Source of the DNA: Candidatus Binatia bacterium
Lineage (GTDB): Bacteria > Desulfobacterota > Binatia > HRBIN30
Reading direction: 5' to 3'
Assembly (NCBI GenBank): GCA_026004215.1
Contig: BPIR01000003.1
Location: forward strand, 250,879-314,878
DNA length: 64,000 nucleotides
Position numbers and translations under genes: made by a program. Under the pieces are notes generated by a model. It did not search any database, was not told where the DNA came from, and saw only the letters and a program-made list of their open reading frames with translations. Shown here in pieces: positions 55,677 through 64,000 of the stretch (positions are counted from its first letter, which is position 1; the number at the start of each line of letters is the position of its first letter).

Positions 55677-56792
55677 ATGGCAATGGACATCACGCAACTG
55701 TTGACATTTGCTCACCGAGAGGGCGCGTCGGACGTTCACTTGTCCTCGGGCGAGCCGCCCATGGTGCGGATCCACGGAGATATGAAGCGGATCGAGCATC
55801 CGCCCCTGACGCCGGATGAGGTCCACCGCATGGTGTTCGACATCATGACGGACTCCGTGCGCAAGCAGTTTCAGGAAACCAACGATGTGGATTTCTCGTT
55901 CGAGCTCGGTGAGGTCGCTCGCTTCCGTGTGAACGTGTTCCGGACGCGCAAGGGCGAGGCGGCGGTGTTTCGGACCATTCCCACCAAAGTCATGACGATT
56001 GACGAACTCGGGCTGCCGCCCGTGATCAAGGACATTTGCAAGAAAGAAAAGGGCTTGGTTTTGGTGACGGGCCCGACCGGTTCCGGTAAGTCCACCACGC
56101 TGGCTGCCATGATCGACTTCATCAACGAAACGTACGAGGGCCACATTCTCACCATCGAGGATCCCATCGAGTTCGTGCACCGCTCGAAGAAGTGCTTGGT
56201 GAACCAGCGCGAAGTGGGGCCGCACACGATGTCGTTCAACGCAGCCTTGCGTGGCGCGTTGCGCGAGGACCCGGACGTGATCCTGGTCGGTGAGATGCGT
56301 GATTTGGAGACCATCTCCTTGGCTCTGACCGCCGCAGAGACCGGCCACTTGGTGTTCGCCACCGTGCACACTTCGAGTGCGCCCAAAACCGTGGACCGCA
56401 TTATTGACGTTTTTCCCGCAGCCCAGCAGGGGCAAATCCGCGCCATGTTTGCGGAGTCCATTCAGGCGATCATCACCCAAACGCTAGTGAAGAAGAAAGC
56501 CGGCGGACGCATTGCCGCATTGGAAATTCTCATTGGCACGCCGGCAGTGAGGAATTTGATCCGGGAGAACAAGATTCATCAGCTCCCGTCGGCCCTGCAA
56601 ACCGGCCAAGCTTGGGGCATGCAAACGCTGGATATGGCTCTGCTCGATCTGGTCGCGCGCGGCCTGGTCACGAAGGAAGAAGCCCAGTCGCGCACGCTGA
56701 CGCCGAACTTGTTCGGTCCAGAAACGGCGACCCGCAACGACGGGCGGGCCAGTTCGCCCCTCAAGGCGTCGCGCCCATTCCTCGGGAGGTAA
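55677..56792 (+). CDS. pilT: type IV pilus retraction ATPase PilT
   Basis: GASDVHLSSGEPPMVRIHG, Walker A GPTGSGKSTT, ILVGEMRD, GHLVFATVHT, AVRNLIRENKIHQL. Confidence 0.9.
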   Translation: MAMDITQLLTFAHREGASDVHLSSGEPPMVRIHGDMKRIEHPPLTPDEVHRMVFDIMTDSVRKQFQETNDVDFSFELGEVARFRVNVFRTRKGEAAVFRTIPTKVMTIDELGLPPVIKDICKKEKGLVLVTGPTGSGKSTTLAAMIDFINETYEGHILTIEDPIEFVHRSKKCLVNQREVGPHTMSFNAALRGALREDPDVILVGEMRDLETISLALTAAETGHLVFATVHTSSAPKTVDRIIDVFPAAQQGQIRAMFAESIQAIITQTLVKKKAGGRIAALEILIGTPAVRNLIRENKIHQLPSALQTGQAWGMQTLDMALLDLVARGLVTKEEAQSRTLTPNLFGPETATRNDGRASSPLKASRPFLGR

Positions 56793-56805
56793 CGGAGGGG
56801 CGGCC

Positions 56806-57969
56806 ATGGCGGACATTCGCGAGCTGCTCGCCGAAATGGTGGCCCGCAACGCATCGGACTTGTACCTGACGGCGGACAGTCCGCCGATGTTCCGCGTCGA
56901 GGGCTTCAATCAGCCTTACGGCACGACGCCGCTGACCCCACGCGAAGTGGAACTGTTGGCGCATTCGTTGATGAGCGACCGGCAGCGCGCTCAGTTCGAC
57001 GAGAAGCTCGAGATGAACCTGGCCATTGCCTCGGATCGGCTGGGGCGTTTTCGTATCAACGTGTATCGCCAGCGCGGCGTTGTCGGCGTGGTGATCCGTC
57101 AAATCAAGACGCGGATTCCCACGCTCGACGAGCTGGGTCTTCCGCCGGTGCTCAAAGACATCGCCATGAGCCGGCGTGGCTTGGTCTTGGTGACGGGAGC
57201 TACTGGATCGGGCAAGTCGACCACCCTGGCTGCCATGATCGATTATCGAAACGAGAACTCGACTGGGCACATCCTCACCATCGAGGATCCCATCGAGTTC
57301 ATTCATCCCCACAAGAAGTGCATCGTGAGCCAGCGCGAGGTCGGCTTCGATACTGTGTCGTTCAACGAGGCGTTGCGCAACACGTTGCGGCAGGCGCCCG
57401 ATGTCATCCTCATCGGAGAAGTGCGCGACGTGGAAACCATGGAAGCGGCCATCACGTTTTCCGAAACGGGCCATTTGTGTCTCGCCACGTTGCACTCCAA
57501 CAATGCCAACCAGGCAATCGAACGGGTGATGAACTTTTTCCCCGCGTCGCGCCACCCGGAAATTTACTTGCAGCTCTCGCTGAACCTGCGGGGCATTATT
57601 TCGCAACGCTTGGTGCCGGGGGTGGATGGGCGGCGGGTGGCCGCATTGGAGATTCTGGTGGACACGCCCTACGTCAAAGAGCTCATCAAGCGCGGCGAGA
57701 TCGACAAGCTCAAGGAGGCCATGGAAAACAGCACGCAAGAAGGCGGGCAGACGTTCGATCAAGCCCTGTACGATCTCTATGCGCAAGGCCGCATTACCGA
57801 AGAGCAGGCACTGGCCAATGCGGACAGTGCCAACAACCTGCGCATCCGCATCAAGCAGCTCGAAATTAGCCGCAAACATCCAGTGCAACGCAAGTTGGCG
57901 AGTCTGGCCGACACCGGTGGCCTGCGGATCGAGGGAAAGGAGCCGACGAGCGCGTTGCGTAAAGCTTGA
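56806..57969 (+). CDS. pilU: PilT-family ATPase, PilU-like
   Basis: ASDLYLTADSPPMFRVEG, GATGSGKSTT, ILIGEVRD, GHLCLATLHS, YVKELIKRGEIDKLKE (PilU-type variant of the PilT AIRNLIRE motif). Confidence 0.8.
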   Translation: MADIRELLAEMVARNASDLYLTADSPPMFRVEGFNQPYGTTPLTPREVELLAHSLMSDRQRAQFDEKLEMNLAIASDRLGRFRINVYRQRGVVGVVIRQIKTRIPTLDELGLPPVLKDIAMSRRGLVLVTGATGSGKSTTLAAMIDYRNENSTGHILTIEDPIEFIHPHKKCIVSQREVGFDTVSFNEALRNTLRQAPDVILIGEVRDVETMEAAITFSETGHLCLATLHSNNANQAIERVMNFFPASRHPEIYLQLSLNLRGIISQRLVPGVDGRRVAALEILVDTPYVKELIKRGEIDKLKEAMENSTQEGGQTFDQALYDLYAQGRITEEQALANADSANNLRIRIKQLEISRKHPVQRKLASLADTGGLRIEGKEPTSALRKA

Positions 57970-58024
57970 AGCCTTGGGGGCTGAAGGGGGGCCATCACCC
58001 GACCGGGTGGTGGGGGTCCGGGTG

Positions 58025-58055
58025 CGGAATCCTGAGACGGGGCGGCAGGATTCCG
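58025..58055. terminator. hairpin between convergent pilU and cutA
   Basis: CGGAATCCTG-(11 nt)-CAGGATTCCG, a 10-bp perfect stem. No clear U-tract. Confidence 0.35.
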
Positions 58056-58081
58056 GCCCGGCCCAACATCAGGCTTCGGAT

Positions 58082-58426
58082 TCAATCGCGCCGCGGGTTT
58101 TGCGCCGGCACAGCCGAAAGTGCCCACGCCAAGTAGTCGGCGGAGCCTTCGGCAACCGGAATGGCGATCACCTCGGGCACCGAGTATGAGTGTAGCTCAC
58201 GAACGGCGCGCTCCAGCGCGGCAAAATTGCGCGCCGCGCACTTGATGACGAGCAAGTGCTCTTCGTCCCGGTGCAGGTCGCCTTCCCACATGTACACCGA
58301 TTGAATCGGGCCCACGATGTTCACGCAGGCGGCGAGCTGTCCTTGCACGAGATGTTCTGCGATGCGCCGCGCTTCCTCGACGCTGCTGGTGGTGACGAAG
58401 ACGGTGTACAACCGGCTTTGTTCCAT
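58082..58426 (-). CDS. cutA: divalent-cation tolerance protein CutA
   Basis: Start ATG 58426. LYTVFVTTSSVEEARRIAEHLVQGQLAACVNIVGPIQSVYMWEG...EHLLVIK...HSYSVPEVIAIPV is a typical CutA1 pattern. Confidence 0.8.
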   Translation of the reverse strand: MEQSRLYTVFVTTSSVEEARRIAEHLVQGQLAACVNIVGPIQSVYMWEGDLHRDEEHLLVIKCAARNFAALERAVRELHSYSVPEVIAIPVAEGSADYLAWALSAVPAQNPRRD

Positions 58427-58440
58427 GGTGGCATTTTCCT

Positions 58441-59496
58441 CTAGCTTGGTCGGTGTTCCCCTTCCGGCGCGTGTCGCTGCTGCCAATGCTGCACTAGGTG
58501 CAGATAGTCAATGGCGGGTTGGTTCGGTGGAAGCGGCCGAGCGACGAGCACGGTGCGGCGGGTGCGCGCGCGCACCCACCACTGGAGGCGGGGCAAGAGC
58601 CCCCGGCCGCGCCGGGGCGGAAGTACGCGGCGGCGGGCTAATTCGAATTCCAGCGCCTCGCGCACCTGCGGATGCAGGTAGCCGCGCCGGCAAATATCGG
58701 CCAGCGAGTTGGCCAGATGGCGCGCACTCAAGCCGGCTTCGGCCGCAAGGCTTTGGGCCACCTCCGCAACGCCATCGATGTCGAGGTGTTGGTCTTGGAA
58801 CAAGCATGCGGCGCTCTGGAAGTAGTCGAACGCCGGGATGAGCCGCGGCCCGAACGGCTCGAACACCCGAGGCGGCGAGCGCCGTTCTAAGTTGATATAA
58901 ATGCGTTCCACGGCATCGGCCGGTGCAATTTGCGCGGCCAGGGTTTGCGCCTCTTCGATGAGTTCCGGATCCACACCGGCGCGTTGCAAAATCGCCGGCA
59001 GCTCAGCCGTGGTGAGCCGGCCGGCGAGGAGGTCGGCATACATCGAGTAGATCAGCGGATCGGATTCCCAGTCGTCGCCGAACAGTACCTCGCGGGCGTG
59101 CGGTGGAAACTCGCCGCGTTGCCGCAGCAGTACGGTGAGTTTGTAGCCCACTTGCTCGCGCAGGTTGCGGAAGCGGCCGCGCATGATGTGCTGGAGTTGA
59201 TTCTTGAAGGTAATCCCTTCGTATTCCGTGCCGTCCAGGGCGAGCTTGTCTTTGATTGCCTTGGCAATTTGGGGCGGGCTGGCGGAAATAAAAAACACCC
59301 GCACCTCGCGTCCTTGCTCGCGTGCCACCCGCCGCAGGTTGCGGATCAGCGTGACCACACCAGGCACGGTGATTTTTTCTTCCGGCTTCTCGAAGGGGAT
59401 TTTCACCAGGTCGCGCAGCGAATCGAACTCGCTGCGGAGGTAAGTTTTGTCGAGATCCCAGCGGAACACGATTGGGTCAGGTTGCGCCGCGGGCAT
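58441..59496 (-). CDS. HAD-type phosphatase, App1/DUF2183-like (possible phosphatidate phosphatase)
   Basis: Start ATG 59496. HAD motifs WDLDKTYL (DxDxT), FISASPP, LFGDDWESDPLIY. The longer track ORF 58441..60195 overlaps plsX and is Arg-rich nonsense upstream. Confidence 0.55.
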   Translation of the reverse strand: MPAAQPDPIVFRWDLDKTYLRSEFDSLRDLVKIPFEKPEEKITVPGVVTLIRNLRRVAREQGREVRVFFISASPPQIAKAIKDKLALDGTEYEGITFKNQLQHIMRGRFRNLREQVGYKLTVLLRQRGEFPPHAREVLFGDDWESDPLIYSMYADLLAGRLTTAELPAILQRAGVDPELIEEAQTLAAQIAPADAVERIYINLERRSPPRVFEPFGPRLIPAFDYFQSAACLFQDQHLDIDGVAEVAQSLAAEAGLSARHLANSLADICRRGYLHPQVREALEFELARRRVLPPRRGRGLLPRLQWWVRARTRRTVLVARPLPPNQPAIDYLHLVQHWQQRHAPEGEHRPS

Positions 59497-59510
59497 GGTC
59501 CGTAGAAGTT

Positions 59511-60524
59511 CTATGCGCTTTCGAGCGTGGCGCGGATTTCGCGAACCACGCCATCGCGGACTGCTTTGGCGGCAACTTTGATCGCGTTGCTGATCGCTCG
59601 GGCCTCCGAGCGGCCGTGCGCTTTGATCAGCAAGTGCTCGAACCCCAGGATGGGCGCGCCGCCATAAGCGGTGTAGTCGGTGAGACTCCGCAGCCGTTCG
59701 AGGCCGCTTTCGAGCACGCGCAAGCCGAGCCGATACCGCCAGCTTTCCCTGGCCGCGCTGCCGGCTAGTTCGCTGAGCATGTCGGCGATTCCTTCCAACA
59801 ACTTCAAGACCACGTTGCCGGTGAAGCCTTCCGTTACGATGACATCGGCCCGGCCTTTGATGAGCTCGTGCCCCTCGATGTTGCCGACGAAATTCACTCC
59901 GGGCACACGACCCAAGCGCCGATACGCCTCCACCAGCACCTGCCCGCCCTTGTTGTCCTCGCTTCCCATATTGAGCAGGCCTACGCGTGGGCTGGGTACC
60001 TTCGAGATGCGCCGGGCGTAAGCGCTTCCCATGATGGCAAATTGCACGAGTTCCGTAGCTTCGCAGCGGATAGTGGCGCCGACATCCAGCAAGAGGGCGA
60101 GCTGGTCTTGGCCTGCGTATTCCGTTTGCCGGGGATACACGGAGGCCAGAGCCGCGCGGCGAATGCCAGGGAGAGGGCGGAAAAAGCGCGCGCACGCCAA
60201 CACAGCGGCACCCGTGTTGCCAGCGGTGACGGCTGCGTCGGCTTCGCCCGCGGCGACGAGTTGCACGGCTTGGAGGAGCGAGGCGCGTGGCTTCTTGCGC
60301 ACCGCTTCATGGGGTTCGTCGTTCATGGCGATGACTTGCTCGCAATGCTGGATCTGCAACCGCTCCGGGCGATACTGCACGCGGTCGAGGCAAGACTGAA
60401 TTTGCTTCTCGTCGCCCACCAGGATCACGTCAATTTGCGTGTCCAGGCTCACCGCGGCCGCGCCTTTCACGATTTCGTGCGGCGCATGGTCCCCTCCCAT
60501 GGCGTCGAGAGCAATCGTTGGCAT
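59511..60524 (-). CDS. plsX: phosphate acyltransferase PlsX
   Basis: Start ATG 60524. IALDAMGGDHAP, AVTAGNTGA, GLLNMGSE, TEGFTGNVVLK, GAPILG...LIKAHGRS. Confidence 0.9.
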   Translation of the reverse strand: MPTIALDAMGGDHAPHEIVKGAAAVSLDTQIDVILVGDEKQIQSCLDRVQYRPERLQIQHCEQVIAMNDEPHEAVRKKPRASLLQAVQLVAAGEADAAVTAGNTGAAVLACARFFRPLPGIRRAALASVYPRQTEYAGQDQLALLLDVGATIRCEATELVQFAIMGSAYARRISKVPSPRVGLLNMGSEDNKGGQVLVEAYRRLGRVPGVNFVGNIEGHELIKGRADVIVTEGFTGNVVLKLLEGIADMLSELAGSAARESWRYRLGLRVLESGLERLRSLTDYTAYGGAPILGFEHLLIKAHGRSEARAISNAIKVAAKAVRDGVVREIRATLESA

Positions 60525-61224
60525 GGCTCGCTGTTTAGCAAAGAATTCGCACGCGTCCCGTGTGCCTACCGTTTCCGGTTTCCCAACCGCGCGGCGCTGC
60601 ATTGTCCCCTCTAATGAGCGGGAAGCGCGGTCTGCCTAAGGGCTCCGAGCCGTGGTGCCTCCTACACAGTTGACACCCCGGCAGGGAGATCCTTTCACCC
60701 GGGCACCCTTTTCGAGATCGCCAAGGACGGTCGTGTGACCGAGGTGGTTTGGGGGAATGGGTACCGGAGCTTGGGATACGACGCGAAATGAATAGCGGGC
60801 GAAACTGATCTGTGAGCCCCTGACCGAGGGGCTGGACAGCGCTTCAACCTCCCTGCTGCGACCCGAGGTGGGTCGAGCCGTGGCAGGCCAGAAGACGGGA
60901 AACAGGTTTGGTACGACGGCGCGGCAGCGCACGGTGTGGCTGGGGGCGTTGCCCGCCTTCAACATCGGCAAGTTCACCCAGATGTGAAGCCCTTTACACG
61001 GGCACAGCTCGCCATGGGGCTGTCGACCCACGCGGCCGGTTAGCGGAACTGAGGTGTGCCGAGTTGACTCCGCCGAAACCTGGCTTTTGGGCTTTGGCAA
61101 CCTTATCGAATGAGAGGTCGCCTTTCTTTGTGGAAGGGGCCCGGGGTGAACGCACTTCGGGAAGCAGATGCGCATTACGCGCTAGGTCGTGCAACCACCT
61201 CCTGCTCGGCCTCTGCGAGAGGCG

Positions 61225-61740
61225 CTAGCGGTCAGGAAATGTTTGTGCGTCCAAGCCCTCTCCAGATCCACCAATGCCGGTGTAGAGCGGCCATTGCCAA
61301 GTGCCGGCTTCGCCGGTCCGGTCGGTATAGGTTCCGGTCATAGTGCCGTCGGGACGCACCTGCCCCACAAACCGCGCAGCCACTTGACCACTCTCGTCAC
61401 GCACGACGCCGCTCACGAACGTCCCGCGGACGCTGCCTTCCAGTGTGCCGTTCCGCAATAAACGCGAGCCTTCCAGCGTAACGCGTCCTGTGATCTGACT
61501 CCCAGTGCGTTCCACCCCGTCAATACGGATCCCTCGGGGCGGCTTGTCGTGCGGCTCTCGGCTCTGCCAGCGCCCGGTCCGTCCCTGAAAGGCTTCAACG
61601 GGAAAAACCCTCTCTTGGACTACTTGTGCCGCAGTTGGTCTCTGCACAGCCAAACACCCAAGAATCAAGTTCCAGTACACGAGAGTTTTCAGGGCGCGCG
61701 AACCACGAAACCGCGGCAACAGAGCTGCACAGGAACTCAT
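61225..61740 (-). CDS. small secreted hypothetical protein
   Basis: Start ATG 61740 (MSSCAALLPRFRGSRALKTLVYWNLILGCLAV signal-like). Repeated GxVxG-type beta-rich segments. No family recognised. Confidence 0.45.
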   Translation of the reverse strand: MSSCAALLPRFRGSRALKTLVYWNLILGCLAVQRPTAAQVVQERVFPVEAFQGRTGRWQSREPHDKPPRGIRIDGVERTGSQITGRVTLEGSRLLRNGTLEGSVRGTFVSGVVRDESGQVAARFVGQVRPDGTMTGTYTDRTGEAGTWQWPLYTGIGGSGEGLDAQTFPDR

Positions 61741-61828
61741 GGATTTCCTCCCACGCGTGGAATCGGGAGAATCACATACCCTGGAAGCCGAGAGGGAGTC
61801 AATCAGGTGCAGGATTACGAAAGAGATA

Positions 61829-61857
61829 TTGACAGAGTTTTTTTTTTTTATCGTAAG
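61829..61857 (+). promoter_or_regulatory. promoter-like element containing a T12 homopolymer, upstream of the toxin operon
   Basis: Perfect -35 TTGACA (61829-61834), then GAG + T12 (61838-61849), then ATCGTAAG. TATCGT lies only 14 nt from the -35, so -35/-10 spacing would depend on tract length. Confidence 0.3.
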
Positions 61858-61931
61858 CTTACTCCACAGTTTTCCCATCGATTCGTGTAGAGGAAAGTAC
61901 GGGGGAATTCGGTCAGGAGGGAGGGCAAGAA

Positions 61932-62396
61932 ATGCAACAGCTTTCGGGAGCGAGAAGGCCTCGAAGGATCCGCCGAACCCGCTGGAAAGTTACGGCCAAG
62001 AGCCGTTGGATCGCCGCGGGAGTGGTGGCGATGGCAAGCTTGATCTTCTTTGGACAACGCTGGGGTCGCGCTCAGTGGCCTGCGCAGGCAATGCCGCGTG
62101 CGGGGATTGCGCCCGTTGAACTCGAAGCACTCTTGGTCGAGGAGCCGAAGCTTCCCGAGGAGGCCGCCGCTCCTATGGTTGCCGCGCGGGTGGCGGAGTC
62201 GGAAGAGCGTATCGCAGCTCTGCGCCAGACTGAAGAACTCACAGGCGAGGCAGCTCGGGGCGCTGGAGCGAGGCCGCTCGCCCTGACCGAACCGCGCGCT
62301 CTGGATCTTCCAGTGGAACGCGACGACCCTTTGGAAGTTTACCCCGCACCCGAGCTCGATCGGCTCCGGCAAGCGCTTCGCTCGCAGTCATTCTGA
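61932..62396 (+). CDS. small single-pass membrane protein preceding the toxin gene
   Basis: AGGAGGGAGGG upstream of ATG 61932. Basic N-terminus, TM segment WIAAGVVAMASLIFFG, acidic/Ala-rich remainder. Confidence 0.6.
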   Translation: MQQLSGARRPRRIRRTRWKVTAKSRWIAAGVVAMASLIFFGQRWGRAQWPAQAMPRAGIAPVELEALLVEEPKLPEEAAAPMVAARVAESEERIAALRQTEELTGEAARGAGARPLALTEPRALDLPVERDDPLEVYPAPELDRLRQALRSQSF

Positions 62397-62418
62397 CCAC
62401 TCGATGTGAGGTCTTGCC

Positions 62419-64000
62419 ATGTTCAGCGGCCAACGGCGTTCTGACAGCAAACCTACCGCACTAGCAGCGTTGAGTTTACTGTTCGTGGTGGAGATCGGGT
62501 CGGCTCAGTCGAACAACGAGAGTCAGCCTTCCCCGTCAACCTTTACCGGGCTTGCGAGCGGCCCGAACGTGGCTTTGAACGTCGGTGCGGCTACCACGAG
62601 CATTCCGATCGCCGTGCCAACTGGTCACAGGAACATCACTCCCCGTTTGGCCCTTCGGTACTCGAGCGGGGGCGGAGCCGGGCCTTACGGGGTGGGGTGG
62701 ACTCTACCTCTGGCGCGCATCGAGCGTGACTCGCGATTCGGGGCCCCCGGCTGTCCGAACCCCGGAGAAGCCGGGGCCCGCTTTGTGCTGTCCACCCCGG
62801 AAGGGTCGATTCCCTGCAAGCTTGTGGACACCACCACCGGCCACTGCCGGCCGGAAGTGGAAGGAAGTTTTCTGCGCATCCGTTACATTGCGAGTTCGAA
62901 TTCTTGGGAAGTGCGCGAGAAAAACGGCATCGTGCATCGCTTTGGTGAAGTGCCGTCGGCCAGGCTCTTCAACGGCGACCCGCTCGGGCTCTTCGATGTG
63001 CGAGCGTTCCGCTACGCAGGCGATCCTGGAACCATCGGCTCGCGATGCACCTGGACGGCCGCTTGGGCCGTAACCTCGACGAGTGATCCGAACGGCAACC
63101 TCGTGGAGTTTAGTTACTACCCGGACTTTCGCCCGATGTTGGTTCAGTGGGGCGCCAATGGGGCCACGGGTCATGCGTACCGCGTGCAGTTCTTGTGGGA
63201 AGCACCGCAACAGACCGGCCAAACGGTTACAGTGTCCATCGGGGGCATGGCGGTCACGTATCAACACAGGCTCAAGAAAATCGTGGTGGAAGCGATGAAC
63301 CCGGTGGCTCCCATTCGGAGCTACACTTTTTATTACGCCGGTGAGCGAGTGGACGACCAGACAGTCCTTCCGCCATCCGCGGGACGCGGGTGGATATTAC
63401 GCACCGTCCAGCTCGCTGGGGCCGACGGGGGAGTTCTCCTGCGCGCAGATGGAGCGCCGGCAAACACCGTGTTCCACTACTTGTCGCACCGTCTTGCCAC
63501 TGCCGAAAACGCCGGAAACGAATCCTCTTTTGGCTTTGCCCCGGTAACCGCTTCGTTGAATAGTGCGGCGAGCTTCACCAGTGTGCAGGAGCGCATCGGC
63601 GGAGGCGCCGGCCCGGAGGTGTGGCTTACCACCGCGGATCTCTTGGACATGAATGGCGACGCGCTTCCCGACGCGGTTCGTGTTGTTCGCGACGGCGCGG
63701 GCAACTGCATCTGGCAGGTCAACTATGGTATTTCCGGGTCGGCGGAAGGCTGGGCCGTCCCTGGAAACCTTTGCGCGATTCGGGAGGAGCGTTCCGAACG
63801 ACGAAGCGATGGCAGCCAGAAGCGAACGCTCTTGAAGACGACGTTGGATATTAACGGCGATGCCATACCTGACTTTGTAGACGGTACCACTAGCCCGTGG
63901 TCGGTGTGGTTGGGCTACGCACCCACAGCAAACAGCACTGGGGGGTTTCTAAGTCCCATTCCGTGGATGAACAGCTCTTACACGTTGAGCTTCTGTTCCG
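62419..64000 (+). CDS. SpvB/TcB-type toxin-complex (Tc, BC-like) or RHS-family protein, N-terminal part; continues beyond window
   Basis: Open frame from ATG 62419 to the window end, not in the ORF track. NVGAATTSIPIAVPTGHRNITPRLALRYSSGGGAGPYGVGWTLPLARIERD matches the SpvB N-terminal domain pattern. Followed by FG-GAP/VCBS-like loops LLDMNGDALPDAV and LDINGDAIPDFV. Confidence 0.75.
   Translation, partial: MFSGQRRSDSKPTALAALSLLFVVEIGSAQSNNESQPSPSTFTGLASGPNVALNVGAATTSIPIAVPTGHRNITPRLALRYSSGGGAGPYGVGWTLPLARIERDSRFGAPGCPNPGEAGARFVLSTPEGSIPCKLVDTTTGHCRPEVEGSFLRIRYIASSNSWEVREKNGIVHRFGEVPSARLFNGDPLGLFDVRAFRYAGDPGTIGSRCTWTAAWAVTSTSDPNGNLVEFSYYPDFRPMLVQWGANGATGHAYRVQFLWEAPQQTGQTVTVSIGGMAVTYQHRLKKIVVEAMNPVAPIRSYTFYYAGERVDDQTVLPPSAGRGWILRTVQLAGADGGVLLRADGAPANTVFHYLSHRLATAENAGNESSFGFAPVTASLNSAASFTSVQERIGGGAGPEVWLTTADLLDMNGDALPDAVRVVRDGAGNCIWQVNYGISGSAEGWAVPGNLCAIREERSERRSDGSQKRTLLKTTLDINGDAIPDFVDGTTSPWSVWLGYAPTANSTGGFLSPIPWMNSSYTLSFCS

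Noticed and set aside
55254-57888. Minus-strand ORFs 55254..56480 (408 aa) and 56761..57888 (375 aa)
   Set aside because: Antisense to pilT and pilU. Such mirror ORFs are common in GC-rich ATPase genes.
60525-61224. RNase P RNA, tmRNA, SRP RNA, or rpmF/yceD genes in the gap upstream of plsX
   Set aside because: GGGTGAAAGG on the minus strand briefly suggested RNase P. The hallmark GGAAAGTCCGG / ACAGAACCCGGCTTA segments are absent on both strands. There is no tmRNA 3' end (GGTTCGA...CCACCA), no SRP GGAAGCAGCC core, and no L32-like or YceD-like translation.

Overview
Everything here comes from reading the sequence and the supplied translations. I ran no searches, so all family calls rest on remembered motifs.

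The window is a visibly GC-rich bacterial chromosome segment with Gram-negative-type content: a TonB-dependent receptor, PilT/PilU, RlpA and Tat signals. It is probably from an uncultured lineage.

Layout:
- 1-1.3 kb: a GH8 glycoside hydrolase running off the left edge. It is absent from the ORF track.
- 1.9-5.8 kb: a secreted PHM/DBH-like copper monooxygenase candidate and an HExxH orphan.
- 6.2-21.6 kb: one long minus-strand array. It holds two DUF1800-DUF1501 modules with a PSCyt-like secreted protein between them, then three tandem CgeB-like glycosyltransferase paralogs, an MsbA-type ABC exporter, and a GH clan A + GT2 fusion.
- 22.5-39.7 kb: the most interesting part. A membrane M1 peptidase sits next to a minimal (about 180 aa) exosortase-family gene with a translationally coupled membrane protein. 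Beyond these lie five large secreted proteins joined by very long Pro/Thr linkers. Two of them end in a conserved, apparently undescribed PEP-CTERM-like tail (PPPIPV[VI]PSP + TM helix + basic residues). Three carry dockerin-like and cohesin-like modules.
- 39.8-43.1 kb: MoxR ATPase, CoxE-type VWA protein and an HTH protein.
- 43.3-60.5 kb: mostly housekeeping genes (creatininase-family, LLM oxidoreductase, cyclase, Usp, TonB receptor, tldD/pmbA, rlpA, CPBP protease, pilT/pilU, cutA, App1-like phosphatase, plsX).
- 61.9-64.0 kb: a small membrane protein and an SpvB/TcB-type toxin gene running off the right edge. It is also absent from the ORF track.

Three frame disruptions (one in DUF1501, two in the NHL gene) and one in-frame TGA may be real pseudogenisation or assembly indels. 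I saw no rRNA, tRNA, CRISPR array or intact transposase.

Many long track ORFs are antisense or alternate-frame artefacts of the GC-rich and PT-coding DNA.
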